Source of the DNA: Longimicrobiales bacterium
Lineage (GTDB): Bacteria > Gemmatimonadota > Gemmatimonadetes > Longimicrobiales > Gaopeijiaceae
Direction: 5' to 3'
DNA: 64,000 bases
Assembly: GCA_965116905.1 (NCBI GenBank)
Contig: OZ220732.1
Span: forward strand, 4,143,121-4,207,120
Both the position numbers and the translations under genes were made by a program. The notes below the pieces were generated by a model, which had not been told where the DNA came from, did not search any database, and worked only from the letters and a program-made list of their open reading frames with translations. Shown here in pieces: positions 49,798-59,311 of the stretch. Position 1 is the stretch's first letter. Each line of letters starts with the position of its first letter.

Positions 49798-50934
49798 CTA
49801 GCCCTGGGCTGCCCAGGCCGCCAGAATCTCCGCCTCCATGTCGGCAGGCAGCCCCGCCCTGGGCTCCGCGCGCCGCTCCTCCGGCAGCGTGTTCCACCAT
49901 TCGACGGTTTCGCGGGCCGTGTCGCCGATGGGCCTGAATGTGAGGCCGGCTTCGACCGCGGCCGCGACCGAGACCTGGTTCATGCCGATCGTCTCGCCCT
50001 CGGGCGGCACCCAGTTGGTCATGTGGCCCCACGGGCGCACCTCGTGCTCGGCCATGAACTCGGTGGGCACCCAGGTGAAGGTCGCGTCCGAGCCCAGGGC
50101 GGCGCGGATCTCCTCGAGCATTGCGCCGAACTGCTGCACCTCGCCCGTGGCGTTGTAGGTGCCGGCGTTGCCGGACGTCTCGACCAGCCGCACGATCCAC
50201 TCGGAGAGGTCGCGCGCATCGATGTTCTGCACCGGGTCCGAGGTTGAGTTCGGCGCCATCATCTCGCCGCCGCGGGCGACCCGCACCGGCCAGTAGGTCC
50301 ACCGATCCGTGTTGTCGCCGGCGCCGACGATCAGCCCCGGCCGCACGTTGATCGCGCCTTCGCCGAACACTTCCGTGTTGATCGCCTCGCACCGGGCCTT
50401 CATCGGCCCGTATTCGCGCATGTCCTCGACGTCCGGGGCGGACAGCTGCCCCACCGGGTAGCTCTCGTCGATGCCCACCGCGGCGAAGTCCGCGTAGGCC
50501 GAGATCGAGGACACGAAGAGGTAGCGGTCGACCTGGCCGCGCAGCACGTCCGTCGTCATCGCCACCCAGCGCGGGATCGACGCCGAGTTGTCGATGACCG
50601 CGTCCCACTCGCGTCCTTCGAGCGCGCTGAGGTCGTTGTCGCGGTCTCCGATCAGGTGCTCCACGCGCTCGAAGTAGTCGTGGAAGAAGGGCGGCTGCGT
50701 GCGGCCGCGTGTGAAGATCGAGACTTCGTGGCCCCGGTCGAGCGCGTACTTGACCTGGTAGGGGCCGATGAAGCGCGTGCCTCCGAGGATGAGGATCCGC
50801 TGCGGCCCGGGCGAGTCCCCGCCACCCTCGCCCGCCGGGGCGCAGGCCAGCGGCCCGAACGCGCCGAGAACGCCCAGCGCTCCACCGGCTCGCACTGAAT
50901 TCCTCACAAAATCACGTCGTGTCTGGTTCCACAT
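49798..50934 (-). CDS. NAD-dependent epimerase/dehydratase family protein with Tat signal
   Basis: TRRDFV twin-arginine motif, ILGGTRFIG, VSSISAY, YGPMK, RPGLIVG. Confidence 0.88.
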   Translation of the reverse strand: MWNQTRRDFVRNSVRAGGALGVLGAFGPLACAPAGEGGGDSPGPQRILILGGTRFIGPYQVKYALDRGHEVSIFTRGRTQPPFFHDYFERVEHLIGDRDNDLSALEGREWDAVIDNSASIPRWVAMTTDVLRGQVDRYLFVSSISAYADFAAVGIDESYPVGQLSAPDVEDMREYGPMKARCEAINTEVFGEGAINVRPGLIVGAGDNTDRWTYWPVRVARGGEMMAPNSTSDPVQNIDARDLSEWIVRLVETSGNAGTYNATGEVQQFGAMLEEIRAALGSDATFTWVPTEFMAEHEVRPWGHMTNWVPPEGETIGMNQVSVAAAVEAGLTFRPIGDTARETVEWWNTLPEERRAEPRAGLPADMEAEILAAWAAQG

Positions 50935-51181
50935 CTTCAGCCGTCCCTTGTGTAGTCGTCCGTGGGCGATCCTTCGCCGCCGTGAAGTCATCGTATCCGT
51001 TGTGAAGCCGTTCTCGCCACTCACGCCTCCGTCCGCGGGGCCGGCAACCGTGGCCCATCGCCGCCGTGCCCTTGCCCCGCCTGCCTCCGCAGCCGTACTA
51101 ATGTCTCCTGGATCCAAGGCTCTCGTGCGCCGCCGAGGATCGGTGGCGGAACGAGCCGCCGACCCCTGGCTGGAGGTCACG

Positions 51182-51997
51182 ATGGTGGAAGTTGATCGCA
51201 AGACCTTCCTCGCAAGCCTTCCCGCTGGTGCTCTCGCCGCCATGTCGCACGAGGACAAGGCCGAGGAACTCGAGCACTACATGGAAGAAGAGCTGGACAA
51301 GAAGATCGCCGCCCGGCGTGGCGAAGCGGACGGGGAGGCCGGCTCGATCATCACCCTTGAGGAGCTGGAGGAGCAGGAAGCCCGGTCTCCTCGCGGCACC
51401 GGCCGCCTCTTCATGCCGCGCGAGGACGAGTTCCCGCCGCTCCCCGACAAGCCGACGGTACTCGACTTCTTCAAGCTGCGCTTTGCACCGGCGAACCACG
51501 TGCTGCAGAGCGCCACCCACGCGCTCAGGACGGGGCAGCCAGAGCGCACCGTCTTCGCGTGCCTCATGCACGACGTGGTCCTCAACCTGATCAAGGTGGA
51601 CCATGGCTGGTGGGGCGCCCAGCTCGTCGAGCCCTACGTGGACGAGCGCGTCGCCTGGGGCATTCGCTACCACGCCGCGCTGCGCTTCTACCCGGATGAG
51701 GAGTACGGGTACGAGTATCCGGAGATGTACAACCGCATCTTCGGGCACGACTACGTGCCGGAGCCCTACATCAAGCAGGCCTACGAGTACGCGCGCAACC
51801 ACCGCTGGTACGGCGAGGCGCGGCTGATCACGGTGAACGACACCTACGCGTTCCAGGACGACATGGACGTCGACATCAACGAGTTCACCGACATCATCGG
51901 GCGCCAGTTCAAGCAGCCGAAGGAGGGGCTGGGCTACGACAACAGCCCGGTCGCGCACATGTGGCGCACCATCGCGTTCCCGAACAGGCCGCTGTAG
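51182..51997 (+). CDS. HD-domain metalloprotein
   Basis: HVLQSA...LMHD...DHG...IRYH...ND ligand pattern. GGAGG RBS. Confidence 0.75.
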   Translation: MVEVDRKTFLASLPAGALAAMSHEDKAEELEHYMEEELDKKIAARRGEADGEAGSIITLEELEEQEARSPRGTGRLFMPREDEFPPLPDKPTVLDFFKLRFAPANHVLQSATHALRTGQPERTVFACLMHDVVLNLIKVDHGWWGAQLVEPYVDERVAWGIRYHAALRFYPDEEYGYEYPEMYNRIFGHDYVPEPYIKQAYEYARNHRWYGEARLITVNDTYAFQDDMDVDINEFTDIIGRQFKQPKEGLGYDNSPVAHMWRTIAFPNRPL

Positions 51998-52139
51998 GGG
52001 GACCGCTCAGGCCGGGAAGGGTATGGCAAGTCAGGGCCGCGGTAATTGATTTCCCACTGACACACCTTTATTTAATCGTTTCGCCACCCTCCTAACCGTT
52101 TTTCCACGACGGTATCCGTGAGTAGTAAGGAACCACGCC

Positions 52140-54131
52140 ATGAAGACACGCAGCACGATCCCGCCGACCCTCCTGATCCTGGCGCTGGCGGCCCTCGGCG
52201 CCACGCAGGCCGCCGCCCAGGAAATCGCACGGGTCGAGGTCAGCCCCGCCACGCTCTCCCTCGAGGTCGGCGAGACGGCCACCGTTTCCGCCACCGCCTA
52301 CGACGCCGGCGGCAACGTCGTCGAGGTCCCCTTCCTCTACTTCTCCCGCGGCGGCCGCGGCAGTCTGGCCGTCAACCGCACGACCGGCGAGGTCGAGGCG
52401 TTCAAGGGCGGTGAGTTCGAGGTGATGGCTCGCGCGCTGGGCCCCACACGGATCAGCGGCACCATGATGGTCACCGTCGCCTTCCCGCCGCTCGACCGGA
52501 TCGAGATCTCGGAGGACGGCGGGCGCTACTACGTGGGCGTCACGATGCGCCACAAGGCCACGGTCATCGACCAGGCCGATGACGCGCGCGACGTGCCGGT
52601 CACCTGGAGCACCTCGGACGCGTCCGTCGCCATGGTCGACCGTTTCGGCGTCTTCTCGGCACACACACCCGGCGAAGTCACCCTCTCGGCCACCGCCGAG
52701 GGCGTGGTCGGCAGCATCACCTACCAGGTCGCGGACAACCCGGTCAGGGCAATGGCTGTGGAGGCCAGCCAGGCCCGCGGACGGACCGGCGATGTCATTC
52801 ACTTCGCGCCCACAGCCAGCGACGCGGGCGGCGGGACCGTTGCCGACATCCCGGTCACCTTCGGGCTGATCTCCGACCCCGACATGGTCGCCACCGCCGA
52901 CTTCCCGCCGGCCGAGGTCGACGACAGGGGCCGCTTCGTGGCCTACAAGCCGGGTGTCTACACGGTCACGGCGAGCGTCCCGGGCCAGACCGCGCACGCC
53001 ACGGTCGAGATCCTGCCCCGGCACGTCGCCGAGGAGGTGCAGCTGGTCGGCCACGCGCCGGTGCGCAACGTGTCCACGTCCGATCTCTGGGTGTGGGAGG
53101 GCGTCGATGGCCGCGACTACGCGATCACCGGCACGCACAGCGGCCACGGCAGCACGTATTGGTGGGATGTCACCGACCCCGCGAGCCCGGTGCTGACCGA
53201 TTCGCTCATCGTCGATGCCCGCACGACCAACGACGTCAAGGTCTCGGAGGACGGCGAACTCTGCGTGATCTCACGCGAGGGCGCGTCCAACCGGCGAAAC
53301 GGCATCGTCATCGTGGACTGCACCGATCCCCGCAATATCGAGATCATCTCCACCTACGACGACGAGCTCACCGGGGGCGTGCACAACCTCTTCATTTATG
53401 ACGACCACGTGTACGCGGTGAACAACGGGATTCGCTTCGACGTGATCAACATCGAGGACCCGGCCAACCCGCACCGCGTGGGCCGCTTCGAGCTCGACAC
53501 GCCCGGGCACGCCATTCACGACATCTGGATCGTCGATGGCATCGCCTACACGTCGAACTGGAACGACGGCGTCGCGGTCATCGACGTCGGCGGCGGGGAC
53601 CGGGGCGGCAGCCCCTCCAACCCGGTCGAGATCGCGCGCTTCCGCGACATCGGGGGCGCCACCCACGCGGCGTTTCCGTACCGGAGCCCCACGGGCAAGT
53701 TCTACATCTTCATGGGCGACGAGATCGGCGCACCCGCATTCGACGGCCAGGAGGACGGCCGCACGCCCGAGTTCATGTCCGGCTACATCCACGTGGTCGA
53801 CTTCACCGACCCCGAGAACCCGGAGGAAGTAGCGCGCTACGAGATCCCGGAGGCCGGCTCGCACAACATGTGGATCGACGAGGACCGCCTGTACGCGGCG
53901 TTCTACCAGGGGGGCCTGCGCGTGCTCGACATCTCGGGCGAGCTGAAGGGCAACCTGTACCACCAGGGCCGTGAAATCGCCGTGTACAAGTCGTACGATC
54001 CCGACGGCGTCGTGGCCAACGCGCCCTTTACCTGGGGACCGCAGATCCACAAGGGCAACCTGTTCTTTTCCGAGTACTTCTCGGGCATGTGGGCGGTGAA
54101 GCTCCAGCCGCGGCGGACGCTGATTCCGTGA
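52140..54131 (+). CDS. Exported Ig-like and LVIVD-repeat beta-propeller protein
   Basis: Signal peptide and Ig-like repeats, then repeated (V/I)DxxDPxxP units, VHN/IHD/SHN motifs, YQGGLRVLD. Confidence 0.82.
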   Translation: MKTRSTIPPTLLILALAALGATQAAAQEIARVEVSPATLSLEVGETATVSATAYDAGGNVVEVPFLYFSRGGRGSLAVNRTTGEVEAFKGGEFEVMARALGPTRISGTMMVTVAFPPLDRIEISEDGGRYYVGVTMRHKATVIDQADDARDVPVTWSTSDASVAMVDRFGVFSAHTPGEVTLSATAEGVVGSITYQVADNPVRAMAVEASQARGRTGDVIHFAPTASDAGGGTVADIPVTFGLISDPDMVATADFPPAEVDDRGRFVAYKPGVYTVTASVPGQTAHATVEILPRHVAEEVQLVGHAPVRNVSTSDLWVWEGVDGRDYAITGTHSGHGSTYWWDVTDPASPVLTDSLIVDARTTNDVKVSEDGELCVISREGASNRRNGIVIVDCTDPRNIEIISTYDDELTGGVHNLFIYDDHVYAVNNGIRFDVINIEDPANPHRVGRFELDTPGHAIHDIWIVDGIAYTSNWNDGVAVIDVGGGDRGGSPSNPVEIARFRDIGGATHAAFPYRSPTGKFYIFMGDEIGAPAFDGQEDGRTPEFMSGYIHVVDFTDPENPEEVARYEIPEAGSHNMWIDEDRLYAAFYQGGLRVLDISGELKGNLYHQGREIAVYKSYDPDGVVANAPFTWGPQIHKGNLFFSEYFSGMWAVKLQPRRTLIP

Positions 54132-55243
54132 TGCACAAGGCTGGACTTGCGGTCGCGGTCGTATGGGCCGCGGCCGCGCTGACGGCCATCGCGCCGCCCG
54201 CCCGGGCCACCGCCCAGTCGTATTGGGTCTACGTCGCCGCCGAATCCGAGGACGAGGTTTCCCTGCTGCGCTATGACGCGGGCGGCGACCTCGTCGTCGA
54301 AAAGACGATCACCACCGGGTGGCTCGCGGCCGAGATCGAGGCGCCGCACGGCCTCGCCATGGACCCGGCCGGCGAGTACTGGTACCTCACCCTGGGACAC
54401 GGCTTCCCGAACGGCCGCCTCGTCAAGTACGAGACGGGGTCGGACACCATCGTGGGCGTAGCCGACCTCGGCCTCTTCCCGGCCACGATCGCCATTCCGC
54501 CGCACGGCGCCCTGGCCCTCGCGGTCAACGCGAACTTCCACGGCGACCACGTGCCGTCGACCGTCACGATCGTCGATCTCGAGACCATGTACCCGATCGC
54601 CGACGTGGTCACGTGCACGATGCCCCACGGCTCCCGCTTCAGCGCCGACGGCTCGAAGCACTACTCGGCGTGCATGATGGACAACCAGCTCGTCGAGATC
54701 GACGGCGCCACACTCGACGTGACCCGCCGCCTCGACCTCATCGCCAACGAGCCCGCACACGCCCCGATGGACGGACATATGGCCATGGCGCCGCCCGGCG
54801 GCGCGGACTGCTCGCCCACCTGGACGACCCCCCACCCCGACGGCACGCGCGTCTTCGTTCCCTGCAACAAGGGCGACGCGATCCTCGAGATCGACCTCGC
54901 CACATGGCGCGTCACCCGCCGCATGGAGGCCCCCGGCGCGCCGTACAACCTGGACCTGACGCCCGACGGCTCCACGCTCCTCGCCACCCTTAAGGGCAGC
55001 GCGAAGCTGGGCATCTGGGATGTCGATTCGGGCGAACTGCTTCACCTCATCGACTCGCAAATGCGCGTCACGCACGGTGTCGTCGCCACCCCCGACGGCC
55101 GTTACGCCATCGTGTCCGTCGAGGGCATCGGCGGCGATCCGGGCACCGTGGAAGTCATCGAAATCGCGTCGGGCACCCGCGTCGCATCCGCCGAAATCGG
55201 CAAACAGGCAGGAGGGATCGCACTATGGAGGATGGAAGGATGA
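54131..55243 (+). CDS. YncE/YVTN-type beta-propeller protein, exported
   Basis: VYVAAESED.V, PHG repeats, CSPTW, TPDG. Confidence 0.82.
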   Translation: MHKAGLAVAVVWAAAALTAIAPPARATAQSYWVYVAAESEDEVSLLRYDAGGDLVVEKTITTGWLAAEIEAPHGLAMDPAGEYWYLTLGHGFPNGRLVKYETGSDTIVGVADLGLFPATIAIPPHGALALAVNANFHGDHVPSTVTIVDLETMYPIADVVTCTMPHGSRFSADGSKHYSACMMDNQLVEIDGATLDVTRRLDLIANEPAHAPMDGHMAMAPPGGADCSPTWTTPHPDGTRVFVPCNKGDAILEIDLATWRVTRRMEAPGAPYNLDLTPDGSTLLATLKGSAKLGIWDVDSGELLHLIDSQMRVTHGVVATPDGRYAIVSVEGIGGDPGTVEVIEIASGTRVASAEIGKQAGGIALWRMEG

Positions 55244-56199
55244 ACAAGCGCGCCGTTCTGCTCGCGGCAACCCTTGCCGCGTGGGCCTGCCAGCCGGCTC
55301 CCCCGGAGAGTGCGGAGAACGAACCCGGCTGGCGCTGGTCCGATGAGCGGGTCATGGAAACCGTCAACGCAGTGCGGGCGGGCCGCAGCCTCCAGCCCGA
55401 GTCGTGGCCGGACGGCGCGCGCGTCGCGGTGCTGCTTTCCTTCGACGTCGACAACGAGACCGTCCTTGGCCTGCGCTACGGCGACGCCACCGTCGGCTCC
55501 CTGTCGCAGGGACAGTACGGCGCCCGCGTCGCCCTGCCGCGCGTCGTCGACCTGCTCGACCGCGAGGGCATCCCGGCTTCGTTCTTCGTCCCCGCGGTCA
55601 GCCTCATCCTCAATCCCCACCAGATCGACGTTATCCAGGCTGCGGGACACCACGAGTTCGCGATCCACGGCTGGATCCACGAACTCAACTCCAGCCTCGA
55701 CGCCGAAACCGAGCGCGCCCTCCTCGAGCGCGCGGTCGACTACATGACCGAGGTCACCGGCACCCGCCCCCTGGGCTACCGCGCCCCGTCCTGGAACTTC
55801 AGCCCCAACACCCTGGACATCCTCCGCGACATGGACTTCTTCTACGACTCGTCGCTGATGGCCGACGATCGTCCCTACGAGATCAACGCCCACGGCGAGC
55901 CCACCGGCATGGTCGAGTTGCCCGTCGAGTGGATCATGGACGACGCGCCGGTCTTCAATCCGCGCGGCGCCAGCTACTCGCACCCGCGCGACGTGCTCGA
56001 GGTGTGGAAGGACGACTTCGACGGCGCCTACGAGGAGGGCACGATGTTCCTCCTCACCATGCATCCGCACGTGATCGGGCACCGGTCGCGGATCGTGGTG
56101 CTGGAAGAGCTGATCGAGTACATCCAGGGGCACGAAGGGGTGTGGTTCGCCACGCACCTGGACGCGGCGCGGTACGTCGCCGAGCAGGCGGGGCTGTAG
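55240..56199 (+). CDS. Polysaccharide deacetylase (PuuE-like) lipoprotein
   Basis: WPDGARVAV.LSFDVD, HGWIHE, GYRAP, YDSSLM.DD.PY, MHPHVIG.R. Confidence 0.9.
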   Translation: MNKRAVLLAATLAAWACQPAPPESAENEPGWRWSDERVMETVNAVRAGRSLQPESWPDGARVAVLLSFDVDNETVLGLRYGDATVGSLSQGQYGARVALPRVVDLLDREGIPASFFVPAVSLILNPHQIDVIQAAGHHEFAIHGWIHELNSSLDAETERALLERAVDYMTEVTGTRPLGYRAPSWNFSPNTLDILRDMDFFYDSSLMADDRPYEINAHGEPTGMVELPVEWIMDDAPVFNPRGASYSHPRDVLEVWKDDFDGAYEEGTMFLLTMHPHVIGHRSRIVVLEELIEYIQGHEGVWFATHLDAARYVAEQAGL

Positions 56200-56211
56200 G
56201 GAAGGTATGAT

Positions 56212-56234
56212 TGCTAGCACAAAATGCTAGCATT
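56212..56234. promoter_or_regulatory. Putative ribbon-helix-helix antitoxin operator
   Basis: Palindrome TGCTAGCA at 56212 and 56225; the second lies within the perfect AATGCTAGCATT. Confidence 0.65.
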
Positions 56235-56296
56235 ACATTGTCCTGGCACCGGATTGGACCGACAACCTGTTTTCGAGAGGAAGGGCACCGAGTCCC

Positions 56297-56548
56297 ATGG
56301 GTTCCACGATCACCGTTCGGCGCATCCGCCCGGGTGACAAGGCCTGGCTGAGGCGCGAGGCGCACCGCGCCGGCATTTCCATGGAGGAGTTCGTCCGTCG
56401 GCTCATTCGCGAGGAACGAGAGAGGTCCCCAGGTCGCGTCAAACCGTCCGAGGCGTTTCGACGCCATTTCGGTCCTGAGCATGGTGTCGAACTTCCAGCG
56501 ACCCGTGGCTACGGCTACAGGACGGTCCAGTTCCGGGACGGGGAGTAG
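56297..56548 (+). CDS. FitA-like ribbon-helix-helix antitoxin
   Basis: TITVRRI....KAWLRREA.RAGISMEEFVRRLI, FGPEHGVEL. Confidence 0.85.
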   Translation: MGSTITVRRIRPGDKAWLRREAHRAGISMEEFVRRLIREERERSPGRVKPSEAFRRHFGPEHGVELPATRGYGYRTVQFRDGE

Positions 56549-56553
56549 CAGCG

Positions 56554-56991
56554 GTGTCGTGGCTGCTCGACACGAATGTCGTCTCGGAGATGATGCGACC
56601 CCACCCGGAGCCGAGGGTCGCGCGGTTTCTGGACAGCGCCGGGGGCGGGGGACTTCATGTCAGCGCGATCACGGTGTTGGAGATTCTCAACGGCATCCGC
56701 AACCTCGCCCGTAACCCGCGTCGAGACGACCTTGGACGACGCTTCCGCAACATCATGACGCTGATCTTCGAAGACCGTGTACTCGATTGGACCGCGGCCG
56801 ATGCCGAGGAAAGTGCCCGCATCATGGAGGAAAAGCGACGGCTGGGAGAGCCCCTGGACAGCCATTTGCCGGACGCAATGCTTGCCGGCACGGCGGCGAA
56901 CCGCGGGCTGGCGCTCGTCACGCGCAACACGCGCGACTTTCGCAACACGGGTATCGCCGTGATCAATCCGTGGGACAATGCGCTCGCGTAA
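56554..56991 (+). CDS. vapC: PIN-domain toxin (FitB/VapC family)
   Basis: LLDTNVVSEMMRP.P, SAITVLEI, DAMLAGTA, LVTRNTRDF, INPW. Confidence 0.93.
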   Translation: MSWLLDTNVVSEMMRPHPEPRVARFLDSAGGGGLHVSAITVLEILNGIRNLARNPRRDDLGRRFRNIMTLIFEDRVLDWTAADAEESARIMEEKRRLGEPLDSHLPDAMLAGTAANRGLALVTRNTRDFRNTGIAVINPWDNALA

Positions 56992-59269
56992 CGGGAGACC
57001 TGCGGCGGCAATCGCGGTCGGCGTGGCGGTCACGGTTGTCGGCTCGGGCCTGGACGCTCAGGCGCCGACCGATACCTACGCCACCACCTCGCCCTGCGAC
57101 GACACCCCACCGCCCGCCGGCGCCACGCTCACGCCCAGCCGCGACCTGTATTGCGTCTTCCTCACCGCGCGGCCCGGCCTCGAGGGCATGTCGGGCCGCC
57201 TCGAGCTGCGGACGCCGCATTCGCCCTTCGGCGTAGCGGTCAACGCCGCCGGAAACCACCTGTACGACGGGATCCTCACGCTCGACGGCCTCCCCGACCC
57301 CGCCACCCTCGGCGACTACGACCACATCGTCGCGTGGTTGGCCACCCCCCTCTTCGACACGGTCGTCAACCTCGGCCCCGTCTCGAACGGCACCCGCAGC
57401 ATCGGCGAGGTCAGCCTCAACAAGTTCATGATCCTGGTTTCGGCGGAGCCGCGTCCCGACGCCCCGGAGTGGGAGGGTCGGCTGCTCCTCCGTGCGACCT
57501 CTCCCAGCGCGCGGATGTCGCCTCCCGACCTGCAGGAGTACATCATCGGAGCGGGGGCGGGCGGAAGCGGCACCGGAATGGCGGGCCACGACCATGCCGG
57601 AATGGGCACCGACGCGGCCAACGGTCCCTGGCCCCGCCCCTCCATGATGCCCGGTCTCACAATGTTCCCCGCGCTCATGGCGCTGGATCCCCCCACCGCC
57701 GCCCCGTACCTGCCCGGCACCGACATCGACCCGGCCACCCTGCCACTCGCGAGACCCCGCGACCTGATCCAGCTCGGCGACGGCGACGAGATCGACCTGG
57801 AGGCGGGGCTCGTGCGGCGCCGCATACGCAGCCGCGACTACGTCATGTACGGCTTCAACGGCCAGTACCCGGGACCGCTGCTGCACGTGCCCGAAGCCGC
57901 CACGATCACCGTCAACTTCACGAACTCGATCGCCTGGCCCACGACGATCCATTGGCACGGCCTGCGTCTCGACAACGCGTCCGACGGCGTCCCCGGAGTC
58001 ACCCAGGAACCGGTCGAACCCGGCGAGACCTTCCGATACGAGATCCACTTCGCGGACCCGGGGCTCTACTGGTACCATCCCCATCACCGCGAGGATGTCC
58101 TGAAGGACCTCGGCCTCTACGGCAACATGCTGGTCGAGCCCAGCGCACCCGACTACTTCGGGCCCGTGGACCGGGAAGAGTTCCTCATGGTGGACGACTT
58201 CCTCATGACCGGCGACGACCCCCTGCCCTTCGGCCTCGAGCGCTCCACCCACTCGTTCATGGGGCGCTTCGGCAACCTGATGCTCACCAACGGCGAGCCC
58301 GACTACGAGCTGGAGGTCACCGAGGGCGAGGTGATCCGCCTGTACCTGACCAACGTGTCCAACACGCGGACGTTCAACCTGTCGTTCGAGCGGGAAGGGG
58401 GAGGCGGCGGCCAATCGCCGGCCGCGCGTATCAAGGTGGTCGGCACGGACATCGGCGCCTTCGAGCGCGAGGAGTGGGTCGAGAGCATCGTGCTGAGCCC
58501 CGCCGAGCGCTACATCGTGCACGTGCGCTTCGAGGAGGCGGGCGACTATGCGCTGGTCAACCGCGTGCAGGGGATCGACCACCTGGCGGGCGCCTTCTTC
58601 CAGGAGACGGACAGGCTGGGAACGGTGCGTGCGGCATCGGCCCCCACCGGGCCGGACGCCGGACCCTCACCCGCTTCGCCCGCCTTCGACACGCTGCGCA
58701 CCAACCTCCCCGCCGCTCGCGAGATCGCCCTCCTGCGCGAGCACTTCGACGACCCCATCGACCACGAACTCACCTTCACCCTGGAAGCCTCGGGCATCCC
58801 CTTCGTGGTGGACCGGCTGATGCGCTTCGATTCCGCCTATTTCCACCCGGTGGAGTGGAGCGGGACGATGCCGATGATGAACTGGAACTCGTCGTCCGCG
58901 GAGGTGCGCTGGATCGTGCGGGAGCCCTCGACCGGCCGCGAGAACATGGACATTGCGTGGCGGTTCGAGGTAGGGGACGTGGTCAAGATCCGCCTGCACA
59001 ACGAGCGGCGCTCCTTCCACGCCATGCAGCACCCGTTCCATATCCACGGCCAGCGCTTTCTGGTGCTCAGCCGCAACGGGGTCCCCAACGAGAACCTTGC
59101 GTGGAAGGACACCGTGCTGCTGCCCACGGGAACCACGACCGACATCCTGCTGGAGGTCACCAACCCCGGCAGCTGGATGGCGCACTGTCACATCTCGGAG
59201 CACCTGGAGGCCGGGATGCGGATGCTCTTCGAGGTGACCGAACCGGCCGAGCTGGGGGGAGGCGGTTAG
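56978..59269 (+). CDS. Multicopper oxidase with N-terminal extension
   Basis: All four copper motifs: IHWHG, YWYHPH, HPFHIHG, HCHISEHLEAGM. Confidence 0.95.
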   Translation: MRSRNGRPAAAIAVGVAVTVVGSGLDAQAPTDTYATTSPCDDTPPPAGATLTPSRDLYCVFLTARPGLEGMSGRLELRTPHSPFGVAVNAAGNHLYDGILTLDGLPDPATLGDYDHIVAWLATPLFDTVVNLGPVSNGTRSIGEVSLNKFMILVSAEPRPDAPEWEGRLLLRATSPSARMSPPDLQEYIIGAGAGGSGTGMAGHDHAGMGTDAANGPWPRPSMMPGLTMFPALMALDPPTAAPYLPGTDIDPATLPLARPRDLIQLGDGDEIDLEAGLVRRRIRSRDYVMYGFNGQYPGPLLHVPEAATITVNFTNSIAWPTTIHWHGLRLDNASDGVPGVTQEPVEPGETFRYEIHFADPGLYWYHPHHREDVLKDLGLYGNMLVEPSAPDYFGPVDREEFLMVDDFLMTGDDPLPFGLERSTHSFMGRFGNLMLTNGEPDYELEVTEGEVIRLYLTNVSNTRTFNLSFEREGGGGGQSPAARIKVVGTDIGAFEREEWVESIVLSPAERYIVHVRFEEAGDYALVNRVQGIDHLAGAFFQETDRLGTVRAASAPTGPDAGPSPASPAFDTLRTNLPAAREIALLREHFDDPIDHELTFTLEASGIPFVVDRLMRFDSAYFHPVEWSGTMPMMNWNSSSAEVRWIVREPSTGRENMDIAWRFEVGDVVKIRLHNERRSFHAMQHPFHIHGQRFLVLSRNGVPNENLAWKDTVLLPTGTTTDILLEVTNPGSWMAHCHISEHLEAGMRMLFEVTEPAELGGGG

Positions 59270-59311
59270 CGCCAAAGGAGGCGTCTAGCGCCAGAGGAGG
59301 CGGCTAGCGCC
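59258..59311. repeat. 3 x 19-bp repeat joining the stop codons of two convergent genes
   Basis: GGAGGCGGTTAGCGCCAAA / GGAGGCGTCTAGCGCCAGA / GGAGGCGGCTAGCGCC. Confidence 0.92.

Noticed and set aside
50935..52139. Riboswitch or ncRNA in the intergenic regions 50935-51181 and 51998-52139
   Set aside because: Only short GC hairpins and an AT-rich promoter-like tract. I could not recognise any aptamer consensus; an Rfam search would be needed.
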